From positions 186,001 to 250,000 of the forward strand of contig OZ059897.1 of the NCBI GenBank assembly GCA_964057225.1: a DNA stretch of 64,000 nt. The letters run 5' to 3'. Below, one piece after another: positions 40,015 through 55,000 of the stretch (positions are counted from its first letter, which is position 1; each line of letters opens with the position of its first letter). Source of the stretch: Auanema rhodensis (taxonomy: Eukaryota; Animalia; Nematoda). The position numbers and the translations under genes are program-made. The notes below the pieces were generated by a model that saw only the letters and a list, made by a program, of their open reading frames with translations, searched no databases and had not been told where the DNA came from.

Positions 40015-43000
40015 GCCTTGAAAAAAGGAATCTAAAAACATCTACTTTTTGCTAAATTATTTTGAAATTTTTCGAAAAAATTTTTGTCAAAATGTTTTTG
40101 GAAGCATTGTTGAGTGTACATGGAAACTCAACATACACTAATGCATCATTTTTCAAACGATCATAACTAATTTTTGTATTAAGCGTTTCTCAATGTAGTA
40201 TAGTGCATTCAATGCGGATTTTTAAGCTGCGTCGATCTGTGTTATCAGATTTGCGCTAGCTTAAAAATGCACCGAGATATCAACTGATATAAGTTCACAC
40301 TTATATCCTCGATTTTCACCCAGAAGAATTAATTTTTTCGTTGAATAACATTGTCCATCGTCTTTGCCTTGAAAAATGGAATCTAAAAACATCTACTTTT
40401 TGCTAAATTATTTTGAAATTTTTCGAAAAAATTTTTGTCAAAATGTTTTTGGAAGCAATGTTGAGTGTACATGGAAACTCAACATACACTAATGCATCAT
40501 TTTTCAAACGATCATAACTAATTTTTGTATTAAGCGTTTCTCAATGTAGTATAGTGCATTCGATGCGGATTTTTAAGCTGCGTCGATCTGTGTTATCAGA
40601 TTTGCGCTAGCTTAAAAATGCACCGAGATATCAACTGATATAAGTTCACACATATATCCTCGATTTTCACCCTGAAGAATTAATTTTTTCGTTGAATAAC
40701 ATTGTCCATCGTCTTTGCCTTGAAAAAAGGAATCTAAAAACATCTACTTTTTGCTAAATTATCTTGAAATTTTTCGAAAAAATTTTTGTCAAAATGTTTT
40801 TGGAAGCAATGTTGAGTGTACATGGAAACTCAACATACACTAATGCATCATTTTTCAAACGATCATAACTAACTTTTGTATTAAGCGTTTCTCAATGTAG
40901 TATAGTGCATTCGATGCGGATTTTTAAGCTGCGTCGATCTGTGTTATCAGATTTGCGCTAGCTTAAAAATGCACCGAGATATCAACTGATATAAGTTCAC
41001 ACTTATATCCTCGATTTTCACCCTGAAGGAATAATTTTTTCGTTGAATAACATTGTCCATCGTCTTTGCCTTGAAAAAAGGAATCTAAAAACATCTACTT
41101 TTTGCTAAATTATTTTGAAATTTTTCGAAAAAATTTTTGTCAAAATGTTTTTGGAAGCATTGTTGAGTGTACATGGAAACTCAACATACACTAATGCATC
41201 ATTTTTCAAACGATCATAACTAATTTTTGTATTAAGCGTTTCTCAATGTAGTATAGTGCATTCGATGCGGATTTTTAAGCTGCGTCGATCTGTGTTATCA
41301 GATTTGCGCTAGCTTAAAAATGCACCGAGATATCAACTGATATAAGTTCACACTTATATCCTCGATTTTCACCCAGAAGAATTAATTTTTTCGTTGAATA
41401 ACATTGTCCATCGTCTTTGCCTTGAGAAATGGAATCTAAAAACATCTACTTTTTGCTAAATTATTTTGAAATTTTTCGAAAAAATTTTTGTCAAAATGTT
41501 TTTGGAAGCAATGTTGAGTGTACATGGAAACTCAACATACACTAATGCATCATTTTTCAAACGATCATAACTAATTTTTGTATTAAGCGTTTCTCAATGT
41601 AGTATAGTGCATTCGATGCGGATTTTTAAGCTGCGTCGATCTGTGTTATCAGATTTGCGCTAGCTTAAAAATGCACCGAGATATCAACTGATATATGTTC
41701 ACACTTATATCCTCGATTTTCACCCTGAAGAATTAATTTTTTCGTTGAATAACATTGTCCATCGTCTTTGCCTTAAATAAAGGAATCTAAAAACATCTAC
41801 TTTTTGCTAAATTATTTTGAAATTTTTCGAAAAAATTTTTGTCAAAATGTTTTTGGAAGCAATGTTGAGTGTACATGGAAACTCAACATACACTAATGCA
41901 TCATTTTTCAAACGATCATAACTAATTTTTGTATTAAGCGTTTCTCAATGTAGTATAGTGCATTCGATGCGGATTTTTAAGCTGCGTCGATCTGTGTTAT
42001 CAGATTTGCGCTAGCTTAAAAATGCATCGAGATATCAACTGATATAAGTTCACACTTATATCCTCGATTTTCACCCTGAAGGAATAATTTTTTCGTTGAA
42101 TAACATTGTCCATCGTCTTTGCCTTGAAAAAAGGAATCTAAAAACATCTACTTTTTGCTAAATTATTTTGAAATTTTTCGAAAAAATTTTTGTCAAAATG
42201 TTTTTGGAAGCATTGTTGAGTGTACATGGAAACTCAACATACACTAATGCATCATTTTTCAAACGATCATAACTAATTTTTGTATTAAGCGTTTCTCAAT
42301 GTAGTATAGTGCATTCGATGCGGATTTTTAAGCTGCGTCGATCTCTGTTATCAGATTTGCGCTAGCTTAAAAATGCACCGAGATATCAACTGATATAAGT
42401 TCACACTTATATCCTCGATTTTCACCCTGAAGGAATAATTTTTTCGTTGAATAACATTGTCCATCATCTTTGCCTTGAAAAAAGGAATCTAAAAACATCT
42501 ACTTTTTGCTAAATTATTTTGAAATTTTTCGAAAAAATTTTTGTCAAAATGTTTTTGGAAGCAATGTTGAGTGTACATGGAAACTCAACATACACTAATG
42601 CATCATTTTTCAAACGATCATAACTAATTTTTGTATTAAGCGTTTCTCAATGTAGTATAGTGCATTCGATGCGGATTTTTAAGCTGCGTCGATCTGTGTT
42701 ATCAGATTTGCGCTAGCTTAAAAATGCACTGAGATATCAACTGATATAAGTTCACACTTATATCCTCGATTTTCACCCTGAAGGAATAATTTTTTCGTTG
42801 AATAACATTGTCCATCATCTTTGCCTTGAAAAAAGGAATCTAAAAACATCTACTTTTTGCTAAATTATTTTGAAATTTTTCGAAAAAATTTTTGTCAAAA
42901 TGTTTTTGGAAGCAATGTTGAGTGTACATGGAAACTCAACATACACTAATGCATCATTTTTCAAACGATCATAACTAATTTTTGTATTAAGCGTTTCTCA

Positions 43001-46000
43001 ATGTAGTATAGTGCATTCGATGCGGATTTTTAAGCTGCGTCGATCTGTGTTATCAGATTTGCGCTAGCTTAAAAATGCACCGAGATATCAACTGATATAA
43101 GTTCACACTTATATCCTCGATTTTCACTCTGAAGAATTAATTTTTTCGTTGAATAACATTGTCCATCGTCTTTGCCTTGAATAAAGGAATCTAAAAACAT
43201 CTACTTTTTGCTAAATTATTTTGAAATTTTTCGAAAAAATTTTTGTCAAAATGTTTTTGGAAGCAATGTTGAGTGTACATGGAAACTCAACATACACTAA
43301 TGCATCATTTTTCAAACAATCATAACTAATTTTTGTATTAAGCGTTTCTCAATGTAGTATAGTGCATTCGATGCGGATTTTTAAGCTGCGTCGATCTGTG
43401 TTATCAGATTTGCGCTAGCTTAAAAATGCACCGAGATATCAACTGATATAAGTTCACACTTATATCCTCGATTTTCACCCTGAAGAATTAATTTTTTCGT
43501 TGAATAACATTGTCCATCGTCTTTGCCTTAAATAAAGGAATCTAAAAACATCTACTTTTTGCTAAATTATTTTGAAATTTTTCGAAAAAATTTTTGTCAA
43601 AATGTTTTTGGAAGCAATGTTGAGTGTACATGGAAACTCAACATACACTAATGCATCATTTTTCGAACGATCATAACTAATTTTTGTATTAAGCGTTTCT
43701 CAATGTAGTATAGTGCATTCGATGCAGATTTTTAAGCTGCGTCGATCTGTGTTATCAGATTTGCGCTAGCTTAAAAATGCATCGAGATATCAACTGATAT
43801 AAGTTCACACTTATATCCTCGATTTTCACCCTGAAGGAATAATTTTTTCGTTGAATAACATTGTCCATCGTCTTTGCCTTGAAAAAAGGAATCTAAAAAC
43901 ATCTACTTTTTGCTAAATTTTTTTGAAATTTTTCGAAAAAATTTTTGTCAAAATGTTTTTGGAAGCATTGTTGAGTGTACATGGAAACTCAACATACACT
44001 AATGCATCATTTTTCAAACGATCATAACTAATTTTTGTATTAAGCGTTTCTCAATGTAGTATAGTGCATTCGATGCGGATTTTTAAGCTGCGTCGATCTC
44101 TGTTATCAGATTTGCGCTAGCTTAAAAATGCACCGAGATATCAACTGATATAAGTTCACACTTATATCCTCGATTTTCACCCTGAAGGAATAATTTTTTC
44201 GTTGAATAACATTGTCCATCGTCTTTGCCTTAAATAAAGGAATCTAAAAACATCTACTTTTTGCTAAATTATTTTGAAATTTTTCGAAAAAATTTTTGTC
44301 AAAATGTTTTTGGAAGCAATGTTGAGTGTACATGGAAACTCAACATACACTAATGCATCATTTTTCAAACGATCATAACTAATTTTTGTATTAAGCGTTT
44401 CTCAATGTAGTATAGTGCATTCGATGCGGATTTTTAAGCTGCGTCGATCTGTGTTATCAGATTTGCGCTAGCTTAAAAATGCACCGAGATATCAACTGAT
44501 ATAAGTTCACACTTATATCCTCGATTTTCACCCTGAAGAATTAATTTTTTCGTTGAATAACATTGTCCATCGTCTTTGCCTTGAATAAAAAAATCTAAAA
44601 ACATCTACTTTTTGCTAAATTATTTTGAAATTTTTCGAAAAAATTTTTGTCAAAATGTTTTTGGAAGCAATGTTGAGTGTACATGGAAACTCAACATACA
44701 CTAATGCATCATTTTTCAAACGATCATAACTAATTTTTGTATTAAGCGTTTCTCAATGTAGTATAGTGCATTCGATGCGGATTTTTAAGCTGCGTCGATC
44801 TGTGTTATCAGATTTGCGCTAGCTTAAAAATGCATCGAGATATCAACTGATATAAGTTCACACTTATATCCTCGATTTTCACCCTGAAGGAATAATTTTT
44901 TCGTTGAATAACATTGTCCATCGTCTTTGCCTTGAAAAAAGGAATCTAAAAACATCTACTTTTTGCTAAATTATTTTGAAATTTTTCGAAAAAATTTTTG
45001 TCAAAATGTTTTTGGAAGCATTGTTGAGTGTACATGGAAACTCAACATACACTAATGCATCATTTTTCAAACGATCATAACTAATTTTTGTATTAAGCGT
45101 TTCTCAATGTAGTATAGTGCATTCGATGCGGATTTTTAAGCTGCGTCGATCTCTGTTATCAGATTTGCGCTAGCTTAAAAATGCACCGAGATATCAACTG
45201 ATATAAGTTCACACTTATATCCTCGATTTTCACCCTGAAGGAATAATTTTTTCGTTGAATAACATTGTCCATCGTCTTTGCCTTGAATAAAGGAATCTAA
45301 AAACATCTACTTTTTGCTAAATTATTTTGAAATTTTTCGAAAAAATTTTTGTCAAAATGTTTTTGGAAGCAATGTTGAGTGTACATGGAAACTCAACATA
45401 CACTAATGCATCATTTTTCAAACGATCATAACTAATTTTTGTATTAAGCGTTTCTCAATGTAGTATAGTGCATTCGATGCGGATTTTTAAGCTGCGTCGA
45501 TCTGTGTTATCAGATTTGCGCTAGCTTAAAAATGCACCGAGATATCAACTGATATAAGTTCACACTTATATCCTCGATTTTCACCCTGAAGAATTAATTT
45601 TTTCGTTGAATAACATTGTCCATCGTCTTTGCCTTGAATAAAAAAATCTAAAAACATCTACTTTTTGCTAAATTATTTTGAAATTTTTCGAAAAAATTTT
45701 TGTCAAAATGTTTTTGGAAGCAATGTTGAGTGTACATGGAAACTCAACATACACTAATGCATCATTTTTCAAACGATCATAACTAATTTTTGTATTAAGC
45801 GTTTCTCAATGTAGTATAGTGCATTCGATGCGGATTTTTAAGCTGCGTCGATCTGTGTTATCAGATTTGCGCTAGCTTAAAAATGCACCGAGATATCAAC
45901 TGATATAAGTTCACACTTATATCCTCGATTTTCACCCTGAAGAATTAATTTTTTCGTTGAATAACATTGTCCATCGTCTTTGCCTTGAATAAAGGAATCT

Positions 46001-49000
46001 AAAAACATCTACTTTTTGCTAAATTATTTTGAAATTTTTCGAAAAAATTTTTGTCAAAATGTTTTTGGAAGCAATGTTGAGTGTACATGGAAACTCAACA
46101 TACACTAATGCATCATTTTTCAAACGATCATAACTAATTTTTGTATTTAGCGTTTCTCAATGTAGTATAGTGCATTCGATGCGGATTTTTAAGCTGCGTC
46201 GATCTGTGTTATCAGATTTGCGCTAGCTTAAAAATGCACCGAGATATCAACTGATATAAGTTCACACTTATATCCTCGATTTTCACCCTGAAGAATTAAT
46301 TTTTTCGTTGAATAACATTGTCCATCGTCTTTGCCTTGAATGAAAAAATCTAAAAACATCTACTTTTTGCTAAATTATTTTGAAATTTTTCGAAAAAATT
46401 TTTGTCAAAATGTTTTTGGAAGCAATGTTGAGTGTACATGGAAACTCAACATACACTAATGCATCATTTTTCAAACGATCATAACTAATTTTTGTATTAA
46501 GCGTTTCTCAATGTAGTATAGTGCATTCGATGCGGATTTTTAAGCTGCGTCGATCTGTGTTATCAGATTTGCGCTAGCTTAAAAATGCACCGAGATATCA
46601 ACTGATATAAGTTCACACTTATATCCTCGATTTTCACCCTGAAGGAATAATTTTTTCGTTGAATAACATTGTCCATCGTCTTTGCCTTGAAAAAAGGAAT
46701 CTAAAAACATCTACTTTTTGCTAAATTATTTTGAAATTTTTCGAAAAAATTTTTGTCAAAATGTTTTTGGAAGCAATGTTGAGTGTACATGGAAACTCAA
46801 CATACACTAATGCATCATTTTTCAAACGATCATAACTAATTTTTGTATTAAGCGTTTCTCAATGTAGTATAGTGCATTCGATGCGGATTTTTAAGCTGCG
46901 TCGATCTGTGTTATCAGATTTGCGCTAGCTTAAAAATGCACCGAGATATCAACTGATATAAGTTCACACTTATATCCTCGATTTTCACCCTGAAGGAATA
47001 ATTTTTTCGTTGAATAACATTGTCCATCGTCTTTGCCTTGAATAAAGGAATCTAAAAACACCTACTTTTTGCTAAATTATTTTGAAATTTTTCGAAAAAA
47101 TTTTTGTCAAAATGTTTTTGGAAGCAATGTTGAGTGTACATGGAAACTCAACATACACTAATGCATCATTTTTCAAACGATCATAACTAATTTTTGTATT
47201 GAGCGTTTCTCAATGTAGTATAGTGCATTCGATGCGGATTTTTAAGCTGCGTCGATCTGTGTTATCAGATTTGCGCTAGCTTAAAAATGCACCGAGATAT
47301 CAACTGATATAAGTTCACACTTATATCCTCGATTTTCACCCTGAAGAATTAATTTTTTCGTTGAATAACATTGTCCATCGTCTTTGCCTTGAAAAAAGAA
47401 ATCTAAAAACATCTACTTTTTGCTAAATTATTTTGAAATTTTTCGAAAAAATTTTTGTCAAAATGTTTTTGGAAGCATTGTTGAGTGTACATGGAAACTC
47501 AACATACACTAATGCATCATTTTTCAAACGATCATAACTAATTTTTGTATTAAGCGTTTCTCAATGTAGTATAGTGCATTCGATGCGGATTTTTAAGCTG
47601 CGTCGATCTGTGTTATCAGATTTGCGCTAGCTTAAAAATGCACCGAGATATCAACTGATATAAGTTCACACTTATATCCTCGATTTTCACCCTGAAGAAT
47701 TAATTTTTTCGTTGAATAACATTGTCCATCGTCTTTGCCTTGAAAAAAGAAATCTAAAAACATCTACTTTTTGCTAAATTATTTTGAAATTTTTCGAAAA
47801 AATTTTTGTCAAAATGTTTTTGGAAGCATTGTTGAGTGTACATGGAAACTCAACATACACTAATGCATCATTTTTCAAACGATCATAACTAATTTTTGTA
47901 TTAAGCGTTTCTCAATGTAGTATAGTGCATTCGATGCGGATTTTTAAGCTGCGTCGATCTGTGTTATCAGATTTGCGCTAGCTTAAAAATGCACCGAGAT
48001 ATCAACTGATATAAGTTCACACTTATATCCTCGATTTTCACCCAGAAGAATTAATTTTTTCGTTGAATAACATTGTCCATCGTCTTTGCCTTGAAAAATG
48101 GAATCTAAAAACATCTACTTTTTGCTAAATTATTTTGAAATTTTTCGAAAAAATTTTTGTCAAAATGTTTTTGGAAGCAATGTTGAGTGTACATGGAAAC
48201 TCAACATACACTAATGCATCATTTTTCAAACGATCATAACTAATTTTTGTATTAAGCGTTTCTCAATGAAGTATAGTGCATTCGATGCGGATTTTTAAGC
48301 TGCGTCGATCTGTGTTATCAGATTTGCGCTAGCTTAAAAATGCACCGAGATATCAACTGATATATGTTCACACTTATATCCTCGATTTTCACCCTGAAGA
48401 ATTAATTTTTTCGTTGAATAACATTGTCCATCGTCTTTGCCTTAAATAAAGGAATCTAAAAACATCTACTTTTTGCTAAATTATTTTGAAATTTTTCGAA
48501 AAAATTTTTGTCAAAATGTTTTTGGAAGCAATGTTGAGTGTACATGGAAACTCAACATACACTAATGCATCATTTTTCAAACGATCATAACTAATTTTTG
48601 TATTAAGCGTTTCTCAATGTAGTATAGTGCATTCGATGCGGATTTTTAAGCTGCGTCGATCTGTGTTATCAGATTTGCGCTAGCTTAAAAATGCATCGAG
48701 ATATCAACTGATATAAGTTCACACTTATATCCTCGATTTTCACCCTGAAGGAATAATTTTTTCGTTGAATAACATTGTCCATCGTCTTTGCCTTGAAAAA
48801 AGGAATCTAAAAACATCTACTTTTTGCTAAATTATTTTGAAATTTTTCGAAAAAATTTTTGTCAAAATGTTTTTGGAAGCATTGTTGAGTGTACATGGAA
48901 ACTCAACATACACTAATGCATCATTTTTCAAACGATCATAACTAATTTTTGTATTAAGCGTTTCTCAATGTAGTATAGTGCATTCGATGCGGATTTTTAA

Positions 49001-52000
49001 GCTGCGTCGATCTCTGTTATCAGATTTGCGCTAGCTTAAAAATGCACCGAGATATCAACTGATATAAGTTCACACTTATATCCTCGATTTTCACCCTGAA
49101 GGAATAATTTTTTCGTTGAATAACATTGTCCATCATCTTTGCCTTGAAAAAAGGAATCTAAAAACATCTACTTTTTGCTAAATTATTTTGAAATTTTTCG
49201 AAAAAATTTTTGTCAAAATGTTTTTGGAAGCAATGTTGAGTGTACATGGAAACTCAACATACACTAATGCATCATTTTTCAAACGATCATAACTAATTTT
49301 TGTATTAAGCGTTTCTCAATGTAGTATAGTGCATTCGATGCGGATTTTTAAGCTGCGTCGATCTGTGTTATCAGATTTGCGCTAGCTTAAAAATGCACCG
49401 AGATATCAACTGATATAAGTTCACACTTATATCCTCGATTTTCACCCTGAAGGAATAATTTTTTCGTTGAATAACATTGTCCATCATCTTTGCCTTGAAA
49501 AAAGGAATCTAAAAACATCTACTTTTTGCTAAATTATTTTGAAATTTTTCGAAAAAATTTTTGTCAAAATGTTTTTGGAAGCAATGTTGAGTGTACATGG
49601 AAACTCAACATACACTAATGCATCATTTTTCAAACGATCATAACTAATTTTTGTATTGAGCGTTTCTCAATGTAGTATAGTGCATTCGATGCGGATTTTT
49701 AAGCTGCGTCGATCTGTGTTATCAGATTTGCGCTAGCTTAAAAATGCACCGAGATATCAACTGATATAAGTTCACACTTATATCCTCGATTTTCACCCTG
49801 AAGAATTAATTTTTTCGTTGAATAACATTGTCCATCGTCTTTGCCTTGAAAAAAGAAATCTAAAAACATCTACTTTTTGCTAAATTATTTTGAAATTTTT
49901 CGAAAAAATTTTTGTCAAAATGTTTTTGGAAGCATTGTTGAGTGTACATGGAAACTCAACATACACTAATGCATCATTTTTCAAACGATCATAACTAATT
50001 TTTGTATTAAGCGTTTCTCAATGTAGTATAGTGCATTCGATGCGGATTTTTAAGCTGCGTCGATCTGTGTTATCAGATTTGCGCTAGCTTAAAAATGCAC
50101 CGAGATATCAACTGATATAAGTTCACACTTATATCCTCGATTTTCACCCAGAAGAATTAATTTTTTCGTTGAATAACATTGTCCATCGTCTTTGCCTTGA
50201 AAAATGGAATCTAAAAACATCTACTTTTTGCTAAATTATTTTGAAATTTTTCGAAAAAATTTTTGTCAAAATGTTTTTGGAAGCAATGTTGAGTGTACAT
50301 GGAAACTCAACATACACTAATGCATCATTTTTCAAACGATCATAACTAATTTTTGTATTAAGCGTTTCTCAATGAAGTATAGTGCATTCGATGCGGATTT
50401 TTAAGCTGCGTCGATCTGTGTTATCAGATTTGCGCTAGCTTAAAAATGCACCGAGATATCAACTGATATATGTTCACACTTATATCCTCGATTTTCACCC
50501 TGAAGAATTAATTTTTTCGTTGAATAACATTGTCCATCGTCTTTGCCTTAAATAAAGGAATCTAAAAACATCTACTTTTTGCTAAATTATTTTGAAATTT
50601 TTCGAAAAAATTTTTGTCAAAATGTTTTTGGAAGCAATGTTGAGTGTACATGGAAACTCAACATACACTAATGCATCATTTTTCAAACGATCATAACTAA
50701 TTTTTGTATTAAGCGTTTCTCAATGTAGTATAGTGCATTCGATGCGGATTTTTAAGCTGCGTCGATCTGTGTTATCAGATTTGCGCTAGCTTAAAAATGC
50801 ATCGAGATATCAACTGATATAAGTTCACACTTATATCCTCGATTTTCACCCTGAAGGAATAATTTTTTCGTTGAATAACATTGTCCATCGTCTTTGCCTT
50901 GAAAAAAGGAATCTAAAAACATCTACTTTTTGCTAAATTATTTTGAAATTTTTCGAAAAAATTTTTGTCAAAATGTTTTTGGAAGCATTGTTGAGTGTAC
51001 ATGGAAACTCAACATACACTAATGCATCATTTTTCAAACGATCATAACTAATTTTTGTATTAAGCGTTTCTCAATGTAGTATAGTGCATTCGATGCGGAT
51101 TTTTAAGCTGCGTCGATCTCTGTTATCAGATTTGCGCTAGCTTAAAAATGCACCGAGATATCAACTGATATAAGTTCACACTTATATCCTCGATTTTCAC
51201 CCTGAAGGAATAATTTTTTCGTTGAATAACATTGTCCATCATCTTTGCCTTGAAAAAAGGAATCTAAAAACATCTACTTTTTGCTAAATTATTTTGAAAT
51301 TTTTCGAAAAAATTTTTGTCAAAATGTTTTTGGAAGCAATGTTGAGTGTACATGGAAACTCAACATACACTAATGCATCATTTTTCAAACGATCATAACT
51401 AATTTTTGTATTAAGCGTTTCTCAATGTAGTATAGTGCATTCGATGCGGATTTTTAAGCTGCGTCGATCTGTGTTATCAGATTTGCGCTAGCTTAAAAAT
51501 GCACCGAGATATCAACTGATATAAGTTCACACTTATATCCTCGATTTTCACCCTGAAGGAATAATTTTTTCGTTGAATAACATTGTCCATCATCTTTGCC
51601 TTGAAAAAAGGAATCTAAAAACATCTACTTTTTGCTAAATTATTTTGAAATTTTTCGAAAAAATTTTTGTCAAAATGTTTTTGGAAGCAATGTTGAGTGT
51701 ACATGGAAACTCAACATACACTAATGCATCATTTTTCAAACGATCATAACTAATTTTTGTATTAAGCGTTTCTCAATGTAGTATAGTGCATTCGATGCGG
51801 ATTTTTAAGCTGCGTCGATCTGTGTTATCAGATTTGCGCTAGCTTAAAAATGCACCGAGATATCAACTGATATAAGTTCACACTTATATCCTCGATTTTC
51901 ACCCTGAAGAATTAATTTTTTCGTTGAATAACATTGTCCATCGTCTTTGCCTTGAATAAAGGAATCTAAAAACATCTACTTTTTGCTAAATTATTTTGAA

Positions 52001-55000
52001 ATTTTTCGAAAAAATTTTTGTCAAAATGTTTTTGGAAGCAATGTTGAGTGTACATGGAAACTCAACATACACTAATGCATCATTTTTCAAACGATCATAA
52101 CTAATTTTTGTATTAAGCGTTTCTCAATGTAGTATAGTGCATTCGATGCGGATTTTTAAGCTGCGTCGATCTGTGTTATCAGATTTGCGCTAGCTTAAAA
52201 ATGCACCGAGATATCAACTGATATAAGTTCACACTTATATCCTCGATTTTCACCCTGAAGAATTAATTTTTTCGTTGAATAACATTGTCCATCGTCTTTG
52301 CCTTGAATAAAAAAATCTAAAAACATCTACTTTTTGCTAAATTATTTTGAAATTTTTCGAAAAAATTTTTGTCAAAATGTTTTTGGAAGCAATGTTGAGT
52401 GTACATGGAAACTCAACATACACTAATGCATCATTTTTCAAACGATCATAACTAATTTTTGTATTAAGCGTTTCTCAATGTAGTATAGTGCATTCGATGC
52501 GGATTTTTAAGCTGCGTCGATCTGTGTTATCAGATTTGCGCTAGCTTAAAAATGCACCGAGATATCAACTGATATAAGTTCACACTTATATCCTCGATTT
52601 TCACCCTGAAGGAATAATTTTTTCGTTGAATAACATTGTCCATCGTCTTTGCCTTGAAAAAAGGAATCTAAAAACATCTACTTTTTGCTAAATTATTTTG
52701 AAATTTTTCGAAAAAATTTTTGTCAAAATGTTTTTGGAAGCAATGTTGAGTGTACATGGAAACTCAACATACACTAATGCATCATTTTTCAAACGATCAT
52801 AACTAATTTTTGTATTAAGCGTTTCTCAATGTAGTATAGTGCATTCGATGCGGATTTTTAAGCTGCGTCGATCTGTGTTATCAGATTTGCGCTAGCTTAA
52901 AAATGCACCGAGATATCAACTGATATAAGTTCACACTTATATCCTCCATTTTCACCCTGAAGGAATAATTTTTTCGTTGAATAACATTGTCCATCGTCTT
53001 TGCCTTGAAAAAAGGAATCTAAAAACATCTACTCTTTGCTAAATTATTTTGAAATTTTTCGAAAAAATTTTTGTCAAAATGTTTTTGGAAGCAATGTTGA
53101 GTGTACATGGAAACTCAACATACACTAATGCATCATTTTTCAAACGATCATAACTAATTTTTGTATTGAGCGTTTCTCAATGTAGTATAGTGCATTCGAT
53201 GCGGATTTTTAAGCTGCGTCGATCTGTGTTATCAGATTTGCGCTAGCTTAAAAATGCACCGAGATATCAACTGATATAAGTTCACACTTATATCCTCGAT
53301 TTTCACCCTGAAGAATTAATTTTTTCGTTGAATAACATTGTCCATCGTCTTTGCCTTGAAAAAAGAAATCTAAAAACATCTACTTTTTGCTAAATTATTT
53401 TGAAATTTTTCGAAAAAATTTTTGTCAAAATGTTTTTGGAAGCATTGTTGAGTGTACATGGAAACTCAACATACACTAATGCATCATTTTTCAAACGATC
53501 ATAACTAATTTTTGTATTAAGCGTTTCTCAATGTAGTATAGTGCATTCGATGCGGATTTTTAAGCTGCGTCGATCTGTGTTATCAGATTTGCGCTAGCTT
53601 AAAAATGCACCGAGATATCAACTGATATAAGTTCACACTTATATCCTCGATTTTCACCCAGAAGAATTAATTTTTTCGTTGAATAACATTGTCCATCGTC
53701 TTTGCCTTGAAAAATGGAATCTAAAAACATCTACTTTTTGCTAAATTATTTTGAAATTTTTCGAAAAAATTTTTGTCAAAATGTTTTTGGAAGCAATGTT
53801 GAGTGTACATGGAAACTCAACATACACTAATGCATCATTTTTCAAACGATCATAACTAATTTTTGTATTAAGCGTTTCTCAATGAAGTATAGTGCATTCG
53901 ATGCGGATTTTTAAGCTGCGTCGATCTGTGTTATCAGATTTGCGCTAGCTTAAAAATGCACCGAGATATCAACTGATATATGTTCACACTTATATCCTCG
54001 ATTTTCACCCTGAAGAATTAATTTTTTCGTTGAATAACATTGTCCATCGTCTTTGCCTTAAATAAAGGAATCTAAAAACATCTACTTTTTGCTAAATTAT
54101 TTTGAAATTTTTCGAAAAAATTTTTGTCAAAATGTTTTTGGAAGCATTGTTGAGTGTACATGGAAACTCAACATACACTAATGCATCATTTTTCAAACGA
54201 TCATAACTAATTTTTGTATTAAGCGTTTCTCAATGTAGTATAGTGCATTCGATGCGGATTTTTAAGCTGCGTCGATCTGTGTTATCAGATTTGCGCTAGC
54301 TTAAAAATGCACCGAGATATCAACTGATATAAGTTCACACTTATATCCTCGATTTTCACCCTGAAGAATTAATTTTTTCGTTGAATAACATTGTCCATCG
54401 TCTTTGCCTTGAATAAAGGAATCTAAAAACATCTACTTTTTGCTAAATTATTTTGAAATTTTTCGAAAAAATTTTTGTCAAAATGTTTTTGGAAGCAATG
54501 TTGAGTGTACATGGAAACTCAACATACACTAATGCATCATTTTTCAAACGATCATAACTAATTTTTGTATTAAGCGTTTCTCAATGAAGTATAGTGCATT
54601 CGATGCGGATTTTTAAGCTGCGTCGATCTGTGTTATCAGATTTGCGCTAGCTTAAAAATGCACCGAGATATCAACTGATATATGTTCACACTTATATCCT
54701 CGATTTTCACCCTGAAGAATTAATTTTTTCGTTGAATAACATTGTCCATCGTCTTTGCCTTAAATAAAGGAATCTAAAAACATCTACTTTTTGCTAAATT
54801 ATTTTGAAATTTTTCGAAAAAATTTTTGTCAAAATGTTTTTGGAAGCATTGTTGAGTGTACATGGAAACTCAACATACACTAATGCATCATTTTTCAAAC
54901 GATCATAACTAATTTTTGTATTAAGCGTTTCTCAATGTAGTATAGTGCATTCGATGCGGATTTTTAAGCTGCGTCGATCTGTGTTATCAGATTTGCGCTA

